DNA of 64,000 bases, taken from positions 1,426,001-1,490,000 of the forward strand of contig NW_027590128.1 of NCBI RefSeq assembly GCF_964213995.1. The letters run 5' to 3'. The position numbers and the translations under genes are program-made. The notes under the pieces are model-generated. The model did not search any database, had not been told where the DNA came from, and worked only from the letters and a program-made list of their open reading frames with translations. Numbering within the stretch: position 1 is the stretch's first letter; each line of letters opens with the position of its first letter. This stretch comes from Mustelus asterias (Eukaryota). This document shows, in pieces, positions 48,202 to 60,997 of the stretch.

Positions 48202-48247
48202 CGGTCAGCATGACCACTATTATCAGTAAATCACACAGGGAACACAT
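48202..48247 (-). CDS. TRDV: Leader exon of the intact V: MCSLCDLLIIVVMLT
   Basis: ATG at 48247, donor gtgagt in phase 1; CCAAT (minus, 48388-48392) and CRE 48407-48414 upstream. Confidence 0.85.
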
Positions 48248-48939
48248 GGATCCTGATTGGACAGTAAACAGCCACACTGTTTAAAATATGTTGCTGTTTC
48301 TCGTCTTATATCACAGAGTCAACTCAGATCAGAAGCAGCTTCAATTATTGGGAAGCTGCGGGGATGGGGTCATTTTTCAGTGCTGCGATTGGCAGTCTTC
48401 CTGAGATGACGTCAGCTGTGGACCAATCACTGTTAGTAGAGGAGTAAACTCAGCTTCAATCACTTTCCATCCCCGGCTGTGTGCATCTTTCTCACCCTCT
48501 TTCTCTCTCCATGGAAGTTTTATAACATTATCAGTTATACTGGCTCTTTGTCGGTTTAACTCTCTTCCTTTCGAACTCAATGTCCCTGTTTTTTGCATGG
48601 ACTTTCTCTGTATCTGAATTTGAAAGTGTAATGAATAAGTTAGATTTATTTATTCCGCGGGTATATATAAGTGCATCCACTGCATGAACATAAATAGTAG
48701 TTGCTGTTTTAAGTGTACCGGGGATATGTAGTCACCCAACTCCAGTTTGTCGGTGCAGGGTTGAAGGGGCGAAGGGCCTATTTCTGTGGTGTAAATTTAT
48801 TTGTCCCACATTGAGATGCGGTTCCACCGGGGTTATTTGTTTCCCGGGAAAGCAATGATTTCAATCAGTCATTATTTCAATCCAGAAACTTCAAAATGTG
48901 ACAACTCTGGGAGTGCCTTTGATCCTAGACCACATTTGG

Positions 48940-49400
48940 CTTATGAGGAGTGACTGAGTAGATTGGGACTATACTCATTGGAATTCAGAAGAATGAGTGG
49001 AGATCTTATAGAAACATAAAGATTATGAAGGGAATAGATAAGATAGAAGCAGGGAAGTTATTTCCATTGTCAGGTGAAACAAGAACAGCGCTGATTGTCA
49101 TGGCCTCAAAATAAAGGGGATTTAGGACTGAGTTGAAGAGAAAATTCTTCACCCAGAGGTTTTGAATCTGTGGAATTTCCTGCCCAGTGAAGCAGTTGAG
49201 GCTACCTCATTGATTATTTTTAAAGACAAGAATAGACACATTTTTGAACAGTAAATAAATGGAGGGTTATGGTGAGCGGGCGGCTAAGTGGAGTTGAGTC
49301 CACGAAAAGATCAGCCATGATCTTATTGAATGGTGGAGCAGACTCGAGGGGCCAGATGGCCTACTCCTGCTCCTTGAGCTTATGTTCTTATGTCATGTTC
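48940..49400 (+). mobile_element. CR1 3' fragment
   Basis: YEE.L..LGLYSLEFRR motif and CR1 3' UTR. Confidence 0.75.
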
Positions 49401-49693
49401 TTATTAAACAGATCTCCACTGACAGATAGGCATCTGATACAGAAAGATTAAAAGTACAGATTGATGGAGTTATTCGCCCGGGCGCTCTGCGGGTTTGTGT
49501 GATTGGTATGGGAAATGATTGGATTTGATCTGGGAGTAATCTGAGCGACAAATATTACACTTACTAAGTGGAAGTCATTGACCTCAGGGATGGAAAGCCA
49601 CTCAGATGAAGCTGCACTGACGGATTCATTCTATGAACAGTTTCTCTGTAATTCAACGTCATGGGTTTCCATGACAACAGACTCTTGATTCTG

Positions 49694-50177
49694 GGTCTCA
49701 TTGCACAGTAAGTCACGATTCTGTCTGTCAGCTTCAAACCTTTCTTGGACAAGAGAAAAGTGCTTTGTTTCAGGTTGAGATTCCCGCTGAAGTGTTCAAA
49801 GCCGGGAGCCTTATCGGTAAACCCATAACTACTGTTTCTGAGCAGATATTGAGGGGCTCGGTGTGGATACTGGCGATACCAGAACAGGTAATTTTGTTGT
49901 GCAGCTGTACTCGATACAGAGTAACAGCAGGGAATTCATGAATGGTCACCCTCTGCTGCTTGGATTACCGGTACTGACTGGGACACTGAGTCACCATTGG
50001 TCATCTCTGAAAATAACAACGGACACAAAGCGGGTTAGGTGGAATAACAACAACGGAATAAAATCGCCTAGAGATGGAAATGGGCAATGAATATGGTGAT
50101 TGATGGATTTCAGAGGTTTAGAATGACCGACCTGTGATCAGGACAAGAACCAGAGTCAGATAGAGTTTCACCCCCAT
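49694..50177 (-). pseudogene. TCR V pseudogene (leader 50132-50177; V exon 50006 to about 49694)
   Basis: Leader MGVKLYLTLVLVLIT; exon GDSVSQSVPVIQAAEGDHS*IPCCYS...YLFWYRQYPHRAPQYLL...LKLTDRIVTYCAMRP; TGA at 49938-49936; RSS degenerate; CRE 50269-50276. Confidence 0.85.
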
Positions 50178-50706
50178 GGTTCCAGTCTGGACTCCAGAAA
50201 CAGAGACAGTGATCACTGACTATACCAGACCTGCAATTAGAGAAGTGGAAACAGCCAGGGGGATGCAATGACGTCAATGCGATTCCCTCTCTCCGCCCAT
50301 TGTCACATTTTCAACCAATCGCTTCCTCTCGAAGGGGATCGTGATGTTTCATAAGTGATGAGAGAGCGCCCTCCCGTAGACAGCACAGCCGCATATTGGA
50401 AACAGATACACACACAGCCACGTGCAAAGGCCAACACATAAAGATATATAAAACCATCCAGATATATACCCAGACACATCAATTCCGACGTTCCTAGTCA
50501 TTAAGGCAGAAAGCAGAAGTTTTCTGGAGATATTTGACACATATTGGTCTGAGTTGCTGACGATGACGGTATGTGAATAACTCCACCTTTCGTGTTTGCT
50601 GCAGGCCTCGTATCCAGCACCGAATCAACACAAGCATCGACAGAAAGACAAATAAAAACTGTGAAAGATTCCCAAACCGATCCACTCAAACATCGATACA
50701 GGATAG

Positions 50707-51000
50707 CATGGCGGCATAGTGGTTAGCGACGGTGCAATACAGCGCCAGGGACCCGGGTTCAATTTCCGGCTTGCTCTGTGTGGAGTCTGCATATTCTCTC
50801 CGTGTCTGTATGGGTTTCATCCGGCTACACCGGTTTCCCCCCATAGACCGAAAGACTAGGTGAATTCGCCATGCTAAATTATCCCTCAGTGTACCCGAAC
50901 AAGCGCCGGAGTGTGGCGACTCGGAGATTTTCACAGTCGCTTCATTGCAGTGTTATTGTTAGCTTACTCGTGCCAGAAATAAATAAACTTAAACTTAAAC
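50707..51000 (+). mobile_element. V-SINE
   Basis: tRNA head and tail shared with the copies at 9245 and 17364. Confidence 0.75.
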
Positions 51001-52498
51001 AGAGATCATCATTGAGGAAGAAAAGCAAAGAGATTAATTAATTAATTAATTAATTAATTAATAGACAAAAGAGAAATGCAGTCTTTGACAATGTTAAAAA
51101 CGTTGGACCTTCCAGAGTATGCTTTGTGAAAAGGAATTCCCTGAGGTTATGTCAGTGCAGCAACAAATACCAGACATGCTAGCAAATATAATACAAGACA
51201 TTTACACGTGGTTCATTATATACAAACGCACACGTAAAGAACGGTGTGGCACAACACCAGTGTAAATTGAGAAACTGCAATGACACCCTATCTTTCTAGT
51301 GAGTGCAATGTGCTGTGTAATATTGATTAAATTAGTCCTCTCTTTCAACCTCACTCAGTTGACAGTTTGTTGAAACATCGCCCCTAATGTTTGAACCAAC
51401 TATTTCGTACTTAAAAATCTTCAAAGGCGCTTTACAATCAACGAATCTGACATCAAGCACAGTGACACTGTAATGAAGGAATTATTATTTACACAGAGGG
51501 AGGCTGAAAGGTTTAATTATTTATCCGAAAGTTTTATCAACCTGGCATTATCACGAATAAAGGAATGGAGGAATCGGGTATTTTCCAGATGATTTCAATT
51601 TGGATTAATAATGAGACGAACATCGGTTCACAAATTATCACCATATTATAACACCTCCCTTTGACATGTCGAGGAGCAGTTCTAATTAAACTCAATATTA
51701 ACCTTCTTCTTCGGAGTAGCCAGTTTCATTGGACCATGAAATGCAAACGTACAGTGGAGGCGATGGTGTAATTGTATTATCGCGAGACAATGAATCCAGA
51801 AGTTCAGCTAATCTCCTGGGGACCAGGGTTTGAATACCGCCACGGCAAGTGATGGAATCTGAATTCATTTTTAAAAATTCTGGAATTGGGTATCTACTGA
51901 CGACCATGAAACTATTGTCGATTGTTTGTTTAAAAAAAACATCTGGTTCACTCAACCCTTTAGGGAAGGAAATCTGTGTCATTGCCTACACAGCAATGTG
52001 GTTGATTCACAACATTTCCCCAAGAGCAAATAGGGATGAGCAATAAATTCTGCCCAGCCACTGATTCCCATGTCCCACGAATGAATACAAGAAGGTTCAC
52101 AGTCTAAACCTCCTTTATCATAGAGCCTGCAATTTGGATGCAAGCTCCTCCGTTAAATGCTCTGTCGTATGAAGTGTTGCCTCCAGGCAACGATATTTCC
52201 TGCAATCCCAACTGTCACCTGTGGTACCAATAAACTGATGCTATCGGATATTTTTGGCCACATCTAAAGTCCTGGAGCGCCATCCAGTGGAATCCAGTCG
52301 AAAGCCTCTTCCTTTCTATGCAAATATTGCGACATGATATTTTATAGAATGATTATTAATGCTGGTTTATTATTACTGCTCTCTTCTTATCCTTTCTTCT
52401 CCCATTTGGAACTGTTGCTTATTTGCATAACGTCTGCGATTAATGGTTTCAGGTTGCTGGTATTCAGTGTCATAATGCGTGTTTATTTTATTCATATA

Positions 52499-54602
52499 GG
52501 GCTCTGTATTGGGACCTCTGTTGTTTGTGATTTATATAAACAAGGGATACAAGGAGAAGTGGCTAGATGGGTGGAGAACTGGCTTTGCCATAGGAGACAG
52601 AGGGTAGTGGTCGAAGGGTCTTTTTCCGGCTGGAGGTCTGTGACCAGTGGTGTTCCGCAGGGCTCTGTACTGGGACCTCTGCTATTTGTGATATATATAA
52701 ATGATTTGGAAGAAGGTGTAACTGGTGTAATCAGCAAGTTTGCGGATGACACGAAGATGGCTGGAATTGCGGATAGCAAAGAGCATTGTCGGGCAATACA
52801 GCAGGATTATAGATAGGCTGGAAAATTGGGCGGAGAGGTGGCAGATGGAGTTTAATCCGGATAAATGCGAGGTGATGCATTTTGGAAGAAATAATGTAGG
52901 GAGGAGTTATACAATAAATGGCAGAGTCATCAGGAGTATAGAAACACAGAGGGACCTAGGTGTGCAAGTCCACAAATCCTTGCAGGTGGCAACACAGGTG
53001 GAGAAGGTGGTGAAGAAGGCATATGGTATGCTTGCCTTTATCGGACGGGGTATAGAGTATGAAAGCTGGAGTCTGATGATGCAGCTGTATAGAACGCTGG
53101 TTAGGCCGCATTTGGAGTACTGCGTCCAGTTCTGGTCGCCGCACTACCAGAAGGACGTGGAGGCATTGGAGAGAGTGCAGAGAAGGTTTACCAGATTGTT
53201 GCCTGGTATGGAGGGTCTTAGCTATGAGGAGAGATTGGGTAGACTGGGGTTGTTCTCCTTGGAAAGACGGAGAATGAGGGGAGATCTAATAGAGGTGTAC
53301 AAGATTATGAAGGGTATAGATAGGGTGAACAGTGGGAAGCTTTTTCCCAGGTCGGAGGTGACGATCACGAGGGGTCACGGGCTCAAGCTGAGAGGGGCGA
53401 GGTATAACTCAGACATCAGAGGGACGTTTTTTACACAGAGGGTGGTGGGGGCCTGGAATGCGCTGCCAAGTAGGGTGGTGGAGGCAGGCACGCTGACATT
53501 GTTTAAGACTTACCTGGATAGTCACATGAGCAGCCTGGGAATGGAGGGATACAAACGATTGGTCTAGTTGGACCAAGGAGCGGCACAGGCTTGGAGGGCC
53601 GAAGGGCCTGTTTCCTGTGCTGTACTGTTCTTTGTTCTTTGTTCTTTTATAAACGATCTAGAAGAAGGTGTAACTGGGGTGATCAGTAAGTTTGCGGACG
53701 ACACGAAAATGGCTGGACTTGCAGATAGTGAGGAACATTGTCAGAGGCTACAGAAGGATATAGATAGGCTGGAAATTTGGGCAAAGAAATGGCAGATGGT
53801 GTTCATTCCGGATGAATGCGAAGTGACGCATTTTGGTAGAACTAACGTAGGGGGGAGCTATACGATAAATGGCAGAACCATAAAGGGTGTAGATACGCAG
53901 AGGGACCTGGGTGTGCAAGTCCACAGATCCTTGAAGGTGACGTCACAGGTGGAGAAGGTAGTGAATAAGGCATATGGTACGCTTGCCTTTATAGGACGGG
54001 GCATAGAGTATAAGAGTTGGGGGTCTGATGTTGCAGTTGTATAGAACGTTGGTTTGGCCGCATTTGGAATACTGCGTCCAGTTCTGGTCGCCGCACTACC
54101 AGAAGGACGTGGAGGCTTGAGAGAGAGTACAGAGGAGGTTTACCAGGATGTTGCCTGGTATGGAAAGGCTTAGTTATGAGGAGAGATTGGGTAAACTGGG
54201 GTTGTTCTCACTGGAAAGACGGAGGATGAGGGGTGACCTAATAGAGGTGTATAAAATTATGAAAGGCATAGATAGGGTGAACGGTGGGAAGCTTTTTCCC
54301 AGGTCGGTGGTGACGTTCACGAGGGGTCATAGGTTCAAGGTGAGGGGGGTGGGGGGAGGTTTAACACGGATATCAGAAGGACGTATTTTACACAGAGGGT
54401 GGTGGGGGCCTGGAATGCGCTGCCGGGCAAGGTGGTGGAGGCGGACACACTGGGAGCGTATAAGACTTATCTAGATAGCCACATGAACGGAGTGGGAATG
54501 GAGGGACACAAAAGAATGGTCTAGTTTGGACCAGGGAGCGGCACGGGCTTGGAGGGCCGAAGGTCCTGTTCCTGTGCTGTATTGTTCTTTGTTCTTTGTT
54601 CT
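52499..54602 (+). mobile_element. Young CR1 (outer) containing a nested young CR1 (about 52541-53647)
   Basis: The outer copy breaks after ...tttatataaac and resumes ttataaacgatc (short TSD tataaac); RT ORF 52740-53567; two (ttctttg)n tails. Confidence 0.9.
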
Positions 54603-55339
54603 TATATGAATACTTCCATCTTTCATAAAGTTGTATTAATAATTTGTTCTGAATAGAATCTTTTCATCGCCCCAACCAGCAAAGACTCATAACAACTAAA
54701 ATGTATGTGTGTGTGGTGTGTGTTTACTGGTTATCAGCAAAGCGTGTTATTAAGTCCAAAGGTTAAGCACAGATAGAATTAAAATCTCTCCCTACAATCT
54801 GGTGTCACATTATTGGACAGGTGAGGTATAGGTGTGATGCAATACACATCTCCCTCTACATTATCCAATCACTCATTCCCAGATTCAGTAGAGCACGCGT
54901 TAGAAAAGAAACGGTCGCCCTGACCAACGTGAGACCTCCCGATCTTGGGGAAAGTACATTGAGATGGGGAGTCAGACCACTGAAGGTAAAAGTAAAAGAG
55001 AGAGGGAGGGTCGGCCCTTGGCTGCGTGGGACGGCAGACATGATGAGTAATAGAGATTCGAGCAGAAAGAAACTTTAATTTTCAACTGGAACCATTCAGA
55101 GAAGGTCTTCTGAACTCGCATGCTGGCCGTTCATCCTTCTCTCTCTGAAGTTGATATGACAGGTCAGCAACTCAAATCTCAGGGCTGAACTCCAGGACAT
55201 TAGAATGAAAAGATCTCAGATTCAGGAATGTCGGAAAATACAAAGGACCAGACCAGAATCCCCAGGAGATGCTCATATCATCCACAACCTGTGGAAGAAC
55301 ATGGTGAGATGGAGGTGGATGGAAAGGCCTTTGACCCTG

Positions 55340-55730
55340 TAATCCACATTTAAATTAGACCTACCAAAATGAATCACCTCACATTTATCAGGGTTAAACT
55401 CCATTTGCCATTTTTCAGCCCAGCTTTGCATCCTATCTATGTCTCTTTGCAGCTCTCCACATCATCCACTACTTCACCAATCTTGGTGTCATCAGCAAAT
55501 TTACTGATCCACCCTTCAGCCCCCTCCTCTAAGTCATTAATAAAAATCACAAAGAGCAGAGGACCAAGCACTGATCCCTGCGGCACTCCGCTAGCAACCT
55601 GCCTCCAGTCCGAAAATTTTCCATCCACCACCGCCCTCTGTCTTCGATCAGATAGCCAGTTACCTATCCAATCGGCCAACTTTCCCTCTATCCCACACCT
55701 CCTTACTTTCATCATAAGCCGACCATTATA
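55340..55730 (-). mobile_element. CR1 RT fragment
   Basis: ORF 55437-55736 with [10 protein letters not shown] and KFADDTK. Confidence 0.85.
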
Positions 55731-57175
55731 AAACATATATGCTCATATTTTAAATGTAATTTATGTATTGAATGACTTATTGTTCATTTCAACCAAAAGC
55801 AAGTCACTGTAAGGTATGATGATAAATCGAAGAGTTGAGAGCCAATGGCCTGGGAACCTTAGTAGTTGCAGAATTAATATCTAAAAGTTTCTGGCGAGGG
55901 AACGCATTTTGCAACTTTATGAATGGGGACATTCAATGTTTAGACATAGAATAGATCGTACTGGGACTCAGGATCACGTGTCTATCCAGTTTTGGAAATG
56001 AGCCGGTGGGAATGTTCATTTTGACCTCCTCACACAGAGATACCTGCCCCGTAAGTTTTATATTGTCTGTAGTTAACGACAGTATTGGTCATCTCAAATT
56101 ATCCCACAACACGAGTCATAATTCGGAAATTTGCAATCGATGATGTGCTTATGTGAAATACACCTCAGTCTCTTGGATTCACCCCATGGTTTCACATCTG
56201 TTCTGTATGTGTTCTCTATCTAGCTTGTGGTTTGCCTGCCTGGGAAGTATTTCATCGGACGATATATAGAGAGATACACTCTGTTAACCCACGCTGCAGC
56301 GACACTGATAGAGTTTTTAAGGGACAGTGTATAGGAAACTATCTTCTGCCACATGCTGTCCTGCATCGGCCTCTAATGAAGGAGCCGTTGCTGTTTAGAA
56401 TTACCTGAAACTCGTCAGTGACAGACCAGTCTATGCGTGAAATCACCGCGGTTCTCCTCATTATTCATTCATTCTGTATCTGGATTTTATCATAAAAAGG
56501 CAGACATGACGGTGTATTTACACGTGTGGGTCACTGGGTGGCGCAGTGACTCTTTCACGAAAGGGAATTGAGTTCAACCACATCCCACACATGACTGGGG
56601 AAAATCCCTGTCTGGGAAAGAGGGGAAACCGTATAATAGGGAAAATGGGGCGGAGTGGATGTGTTTTGGAGAACGGAATTAAGCCAAGCCAGAGATGGTT
56701 AAAATTTCATTCAATATTTATTTTAAAAATTGAGAGAATATTTTACAGCAACATTATTCTTTTAAAGTTAGAAAAGTGAACATAACGATTGAGCTTCACA
56801 TGGAGAACAGAACAGATGCACAAGGAATCCGTCAGTATCTGTACATCTGTTACATACACCAGAAAGAGAAAACAGGACCTTAATAGAAAGAGGAATTATC
56901 AAATGTGAATAAGGAGTGAGAAAAGTTTCTTATTTATACATGATCTTTAAACTACGGGGAAACTATTAACCACAATTACATTATAACAAAAAATGCCTCG
57001 TACATTTCACACTGAAAACTGAATTAACGTCTATGATTGCCTCAGTTACGGATTCAGAATGATAAACTGAGAGAATTTTACTGATAGAGTCACCGAGAGC
57101 AGATATTGTATTTGATCCACACAGAGATCTTGATAATCAGCTGAGGGAAATCTGCAGCTTCCAAAATTCAACCCA

Positions 57176-57184
57176 TCATTTGAT
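57176..57184 (-). CDS. IGHM: IgM TM2 exon (IK*), followed by 3' UTR with AATAAA at 56722-56717
   Basis: tctttcttttacag|ATC AAA TGA gives a K-I-K cytoplasmic tail. Confidence 0.82.
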   Translation of the reverse strand: MK

Positions 57185-57324
57185 CTGTAAAAGAAAGATA
57201 CAATAATGAAGCAGATGTTGATGATGCGGGACATTAATGTTAGAGTTTTTAATCAGCGAAACATTGAGAATTTTTTCAAATCCATTCTGCCAGTTTGGAA
57301 TGTGAGTGAATTGAATCATCTCAC

Positions 57325-57452
57325 CTTCACCAGAGTGACCGCAGTGCTGTAGAAAATGCTCAGGAAGAACAGCACGATGAATGTAGAAGCGGTTGTCCAG
57401 ATGTTGCTGTTATCATCCTCATTGTCGTCAATCCAGACGCGGTCGGTGGAGT
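57325..57452 (-). CDS. IGHM: IgM TM1 exon: (D)STDRVWIDDNEDDNSNIWTTASTFIVLFFLSIFYSTAVTLVK
   Basis: CART motif WTTASTFIVLF.LS.FYS..VTL.K; AG/GT boundaries; phase-1 start. Confidence 0.93.
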
Positions 57453-58019
57453 CTAGGGGACGGAGACCAGGAACTGAAATTAGATTACTTTATTTCTCCA
57501 GGTGATCTTATTGTTACTTTTATGTTCCCCGTTCTCCTTTTTAAGCTGTTCATTTAATCTCGAATTTAATTTTCAATGTATATCTACTGTTAAATTCAGG
57601 ACACTCAGTAACCGATCTCCGTAACTATTTTCACACCTGATCTTTATTGACATTCCTTGGACAGTCCATGTCAGAAAACACTGAAGATGTTTAATTGAGT
57701 ATCAGTTTATTTTTGAACTATTTGCCACTATCCCTTATTGAACAATGTTATGACTGATATCGAGGAACGTTCACTGATCAATGATTGTTTTCACAGATGG
57801 TTACTGATTTATAAACTAAATGTTGTTGTTTAAGAGTTGGGATGTAATTTCCGATCTGTGCTTCTTTATGGTGGAAATAGATCATGAGCTTAATTCAGCT
57901 TCTCAACGTGTTTGTCTGTTCATTGTACATTTGGATAGTTAATCTGTGGATATGTGCATTAAAAAATCACCTTTAAATTTTACATTCATCATTTGCCTAC
58001 CATTTGTATTTAAGATCAT

Positions 58020-58869
58020 GCGTTTGTGTGCGTGTGCATGAGCATCTCCTGGTCTGCATTATTCTTGGCTCTGAGTTAATATGTGTGCAACAGTGTTAAG
58101 GTACTTGTTCATTTGCCTATGGTTGTTGATTTGTGAAGTTGTCTGCATCTGTGTGTATATTTTATTCTTCTGTCATTGTGTATGTATGACTCTATTATTG
58201 TGTGAAGTCTATGAATATGTATTAATGCCATTCTTAATGGGCGCACGTGTGTTTATGCCTATTGCTATGTGTTAATTTCTGTGACTCTAGTAATGTTTGT
58301 TTCCCTTTCTGTGTGCGTCTGTCTCTCCGTGTGTTTCTGTGCATGTCTGTTAACAGGTCAGTACATGTATATACGTGTTGATAGTTCTTTATAACGGTGT
58401 GTTGATGTATGTTTGTGTTTCGATGTGTAGTAATGTGTGCTATGGTGTTCTGTTCTGTATGAGCATGTTCATGTTTGCGTCCACATGTTTGCGTGTAAAT
58501 GTTTTGCAGTCTGTTCATCTATATGCAGTCTGCTAATTTGTTTATATATATTTCCATGTATGTTTGTTAATGTGTATAACATTGTGCGTCTTTATATCTA
58601 TATTCCTGTCAGCGTGAATGTGTGCTAATATATGTATTTATTTGAGATGATGTATGTGCTTGTCTATTTATGTGGGTCTGCATGCGTGTGTATCTGTCTG
58701 TATTGTGTCTCTGCATGTATGTGTTTGTATTTGGGACTGTGTACCTACTCACGTATGTGAATGTGTATGTACTTGTGTGTTTTATGTGTATATGTGTGCG
58801 TTTGTACATATTTGATTATCTACGTATGTTGTTGTTTTAGTGACTGTACAAGCGCGAGTCTATGTATCC

Positions 58870-58926
<57 letters not shown>

Positions 58927-59430
58927 TGTGTGTGCCTATGTATATTTGTGTACGGATGTATTTATGTATGGGTGTATTTTTGTGTGGGTGTATTTGTGTC
59001 TGTGTGTATTTGTGTGTGTATTTTCGTTTGTGCCTGCGTTGTCCATGAGTGCATTTGTGTGCGCATTCTTGTTTCTCTGCATGTGTGTACGTTTGTGCAA
59101 GTATTGCATGTACCTATGGTGTGTGAAAGTGTATCTGTGTGTATGCATGCATCTGTGTGTTCTGTGCATGTGTATGTGCTGTGTATGTGTGCTTCTATGT
59201 CTGTATTTGAATGCGCCTGTCCGTATTTCTGTATATGTGCATGCATTTGTGTGTGTGTATTTACATGTGTCTTTCTGCATTTGTGTGAATATTTGTGAGT
59301 ATGTGTATTTGTGCGTGTATTTGTGCATTTGTGTCGATGTGTGTGTGTGTCTGTGTGTGTGTGTGTATGTGTACGCCCATGTGTGTATTTATAATTGTGA
59401 CAGTTCTGTGCGGTATTGTCAGTGTGTGTA
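58020..59430. repeat. TG-rich low-complexity tract including (TG)n(AG)n
   Basis: Visible directly. Confidence 0.9.
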
Positions 59431-59748
59431 TTTTTTAACTGTTGCTTCAAGTTTCACCGGCAATCATTAACTGAACATGATCCAAACAATATGAATAATA
59501 GAGCACATTTTCAGTGTTTGCTGTATAAATTTCTTTTATGTGAGTGGCATGGTGATATCAGGAGAGCGAATGAAATAATTCATTGATGCATCTCAGAAAC
59601 CTCAGTGACAGAACAGTGAAAACCGGGGAGGATTCTATTATTTGTTTAAATTTGTATCATGGGAAATCAATTCCAGCACATGATTAACAGGAACAAGAGT
59701 GTGGCAACATTTTAAAATTATGTTGCATAATTATATATGTATATAAGT

Positions 59749-59799
<51 letters not shown>

Positions 59800-60605
59800 T
59801 GTATATGTGTATTATATACTTCAATGACACTTTGATAATGATACTTCAAAATCTGCAGCAAGTAAACGGAAGCTAATTTGTACTGTTGACAACTGAGTCC
59901 TTATAGTAGAGAGCCGTTCCCTTCCAAACACGCTACTCGGGGAGAGTGAGGAGAGTGAGCTCATAGTTTCCTACTCTCAACCTGGTGAAGCAATGTCCCT
60001 GATGGTTCTAACCACTGAGGAGGTGGAGGTACAGTGGATTAAATAAGGCCATTCCTCCTCTTTTCATTGAGGAAGTGGTGGTACATGGGTTAGCTACTGC
60101 TCCTCCCCTCTCTTTGTTGGGTGAGTAGGAATCCGGTATGTTCACAATTTCATTCTCCCTCTCTCTGATGGGGGGATTATTGCTCCATGTTTCTGTGTGA
60201 CCCTCACTCCAGTGGGTGTGGTGCAGCAGCTTAAATATGACATCAATGCGTAAAGGCATGGACAACGAGAGAAGCAGGAACACCGAGATCTAAATGTTGT
60301 GTTCGTTTGTCAGAAATGTTCAAATTGTCGGATTTTTCCTCAGGGAGGAAAGTCGGTGAAGATATTTTGCAGAATCATGTAATGAATGTGCTCTACTCTG
60401 TCTCGAACACAGGGTGTACCTGAGCTGGGTGCACTGGTTCAACAAGACTTGGGCCTGAGACCTGAAAATATCTGACTCAAACCAAAGATATCTAATGGAA
60501 GTAAAACTGAAAAACAATCAATTAAGCGTTTGGCTATTTCATTTATCGTTAGAGGAAAAATATTTTATTATTTTTATTGAAGTTTTTAATGTTCGCGAAT
60601 GATTC

Positions 60606-60997
60606 TCATTGACATGAATTAACGGTGTCCATCAGTGCAAGGGAAATGTTCACAAAACTGGGTTTACCGCTGGATTTGTCAACTGTTCTGTTGATGATCT
60701 TCAAGGGGATGGCTTCATGTCCCACCACACAGGAGTAAGAAGCACCGCTGGACCACTCCTCTGCTGCAATGGATAACAGGCTGTACATGAAGAAGGAGCT
60801 ATTCCCGTTCTCCGCGACCACCTCGGTGTTCCTGTAGTTCCCAGGATTCACCGGCTTGTCGTTGACAGTCCATTTGACGAAAATCTCTCGCGGGGAGAAA
60901 CGTCTCACTAAGCAGCTGAGGGAGACGAATCTCTGAGCGGAGACTTCTTCTGTCGAGGGCAGGAGGACAGAGACGAACGGTTCCCGCGGATTTGGAT
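60606..60997 (-). CDS. IGHM: IgM CH4 plus secretory tailpiece (...[24 protein letters not shown])
   Basis: Open exon; internal membrane-form donor G|GTAAAC after 60668; tailpiece with NIS site and penultimate Cys; AATAAA at 60578-60573 and 60569-60564. Confidence 0.95.

Noticed and set aside
52180-52240. Plus-strand ISCNPNCHLWYQ* as another V relic
   Set aside because: Cys-Trp spacing is too short, with no FR3, YYC or RSS; likely chance.
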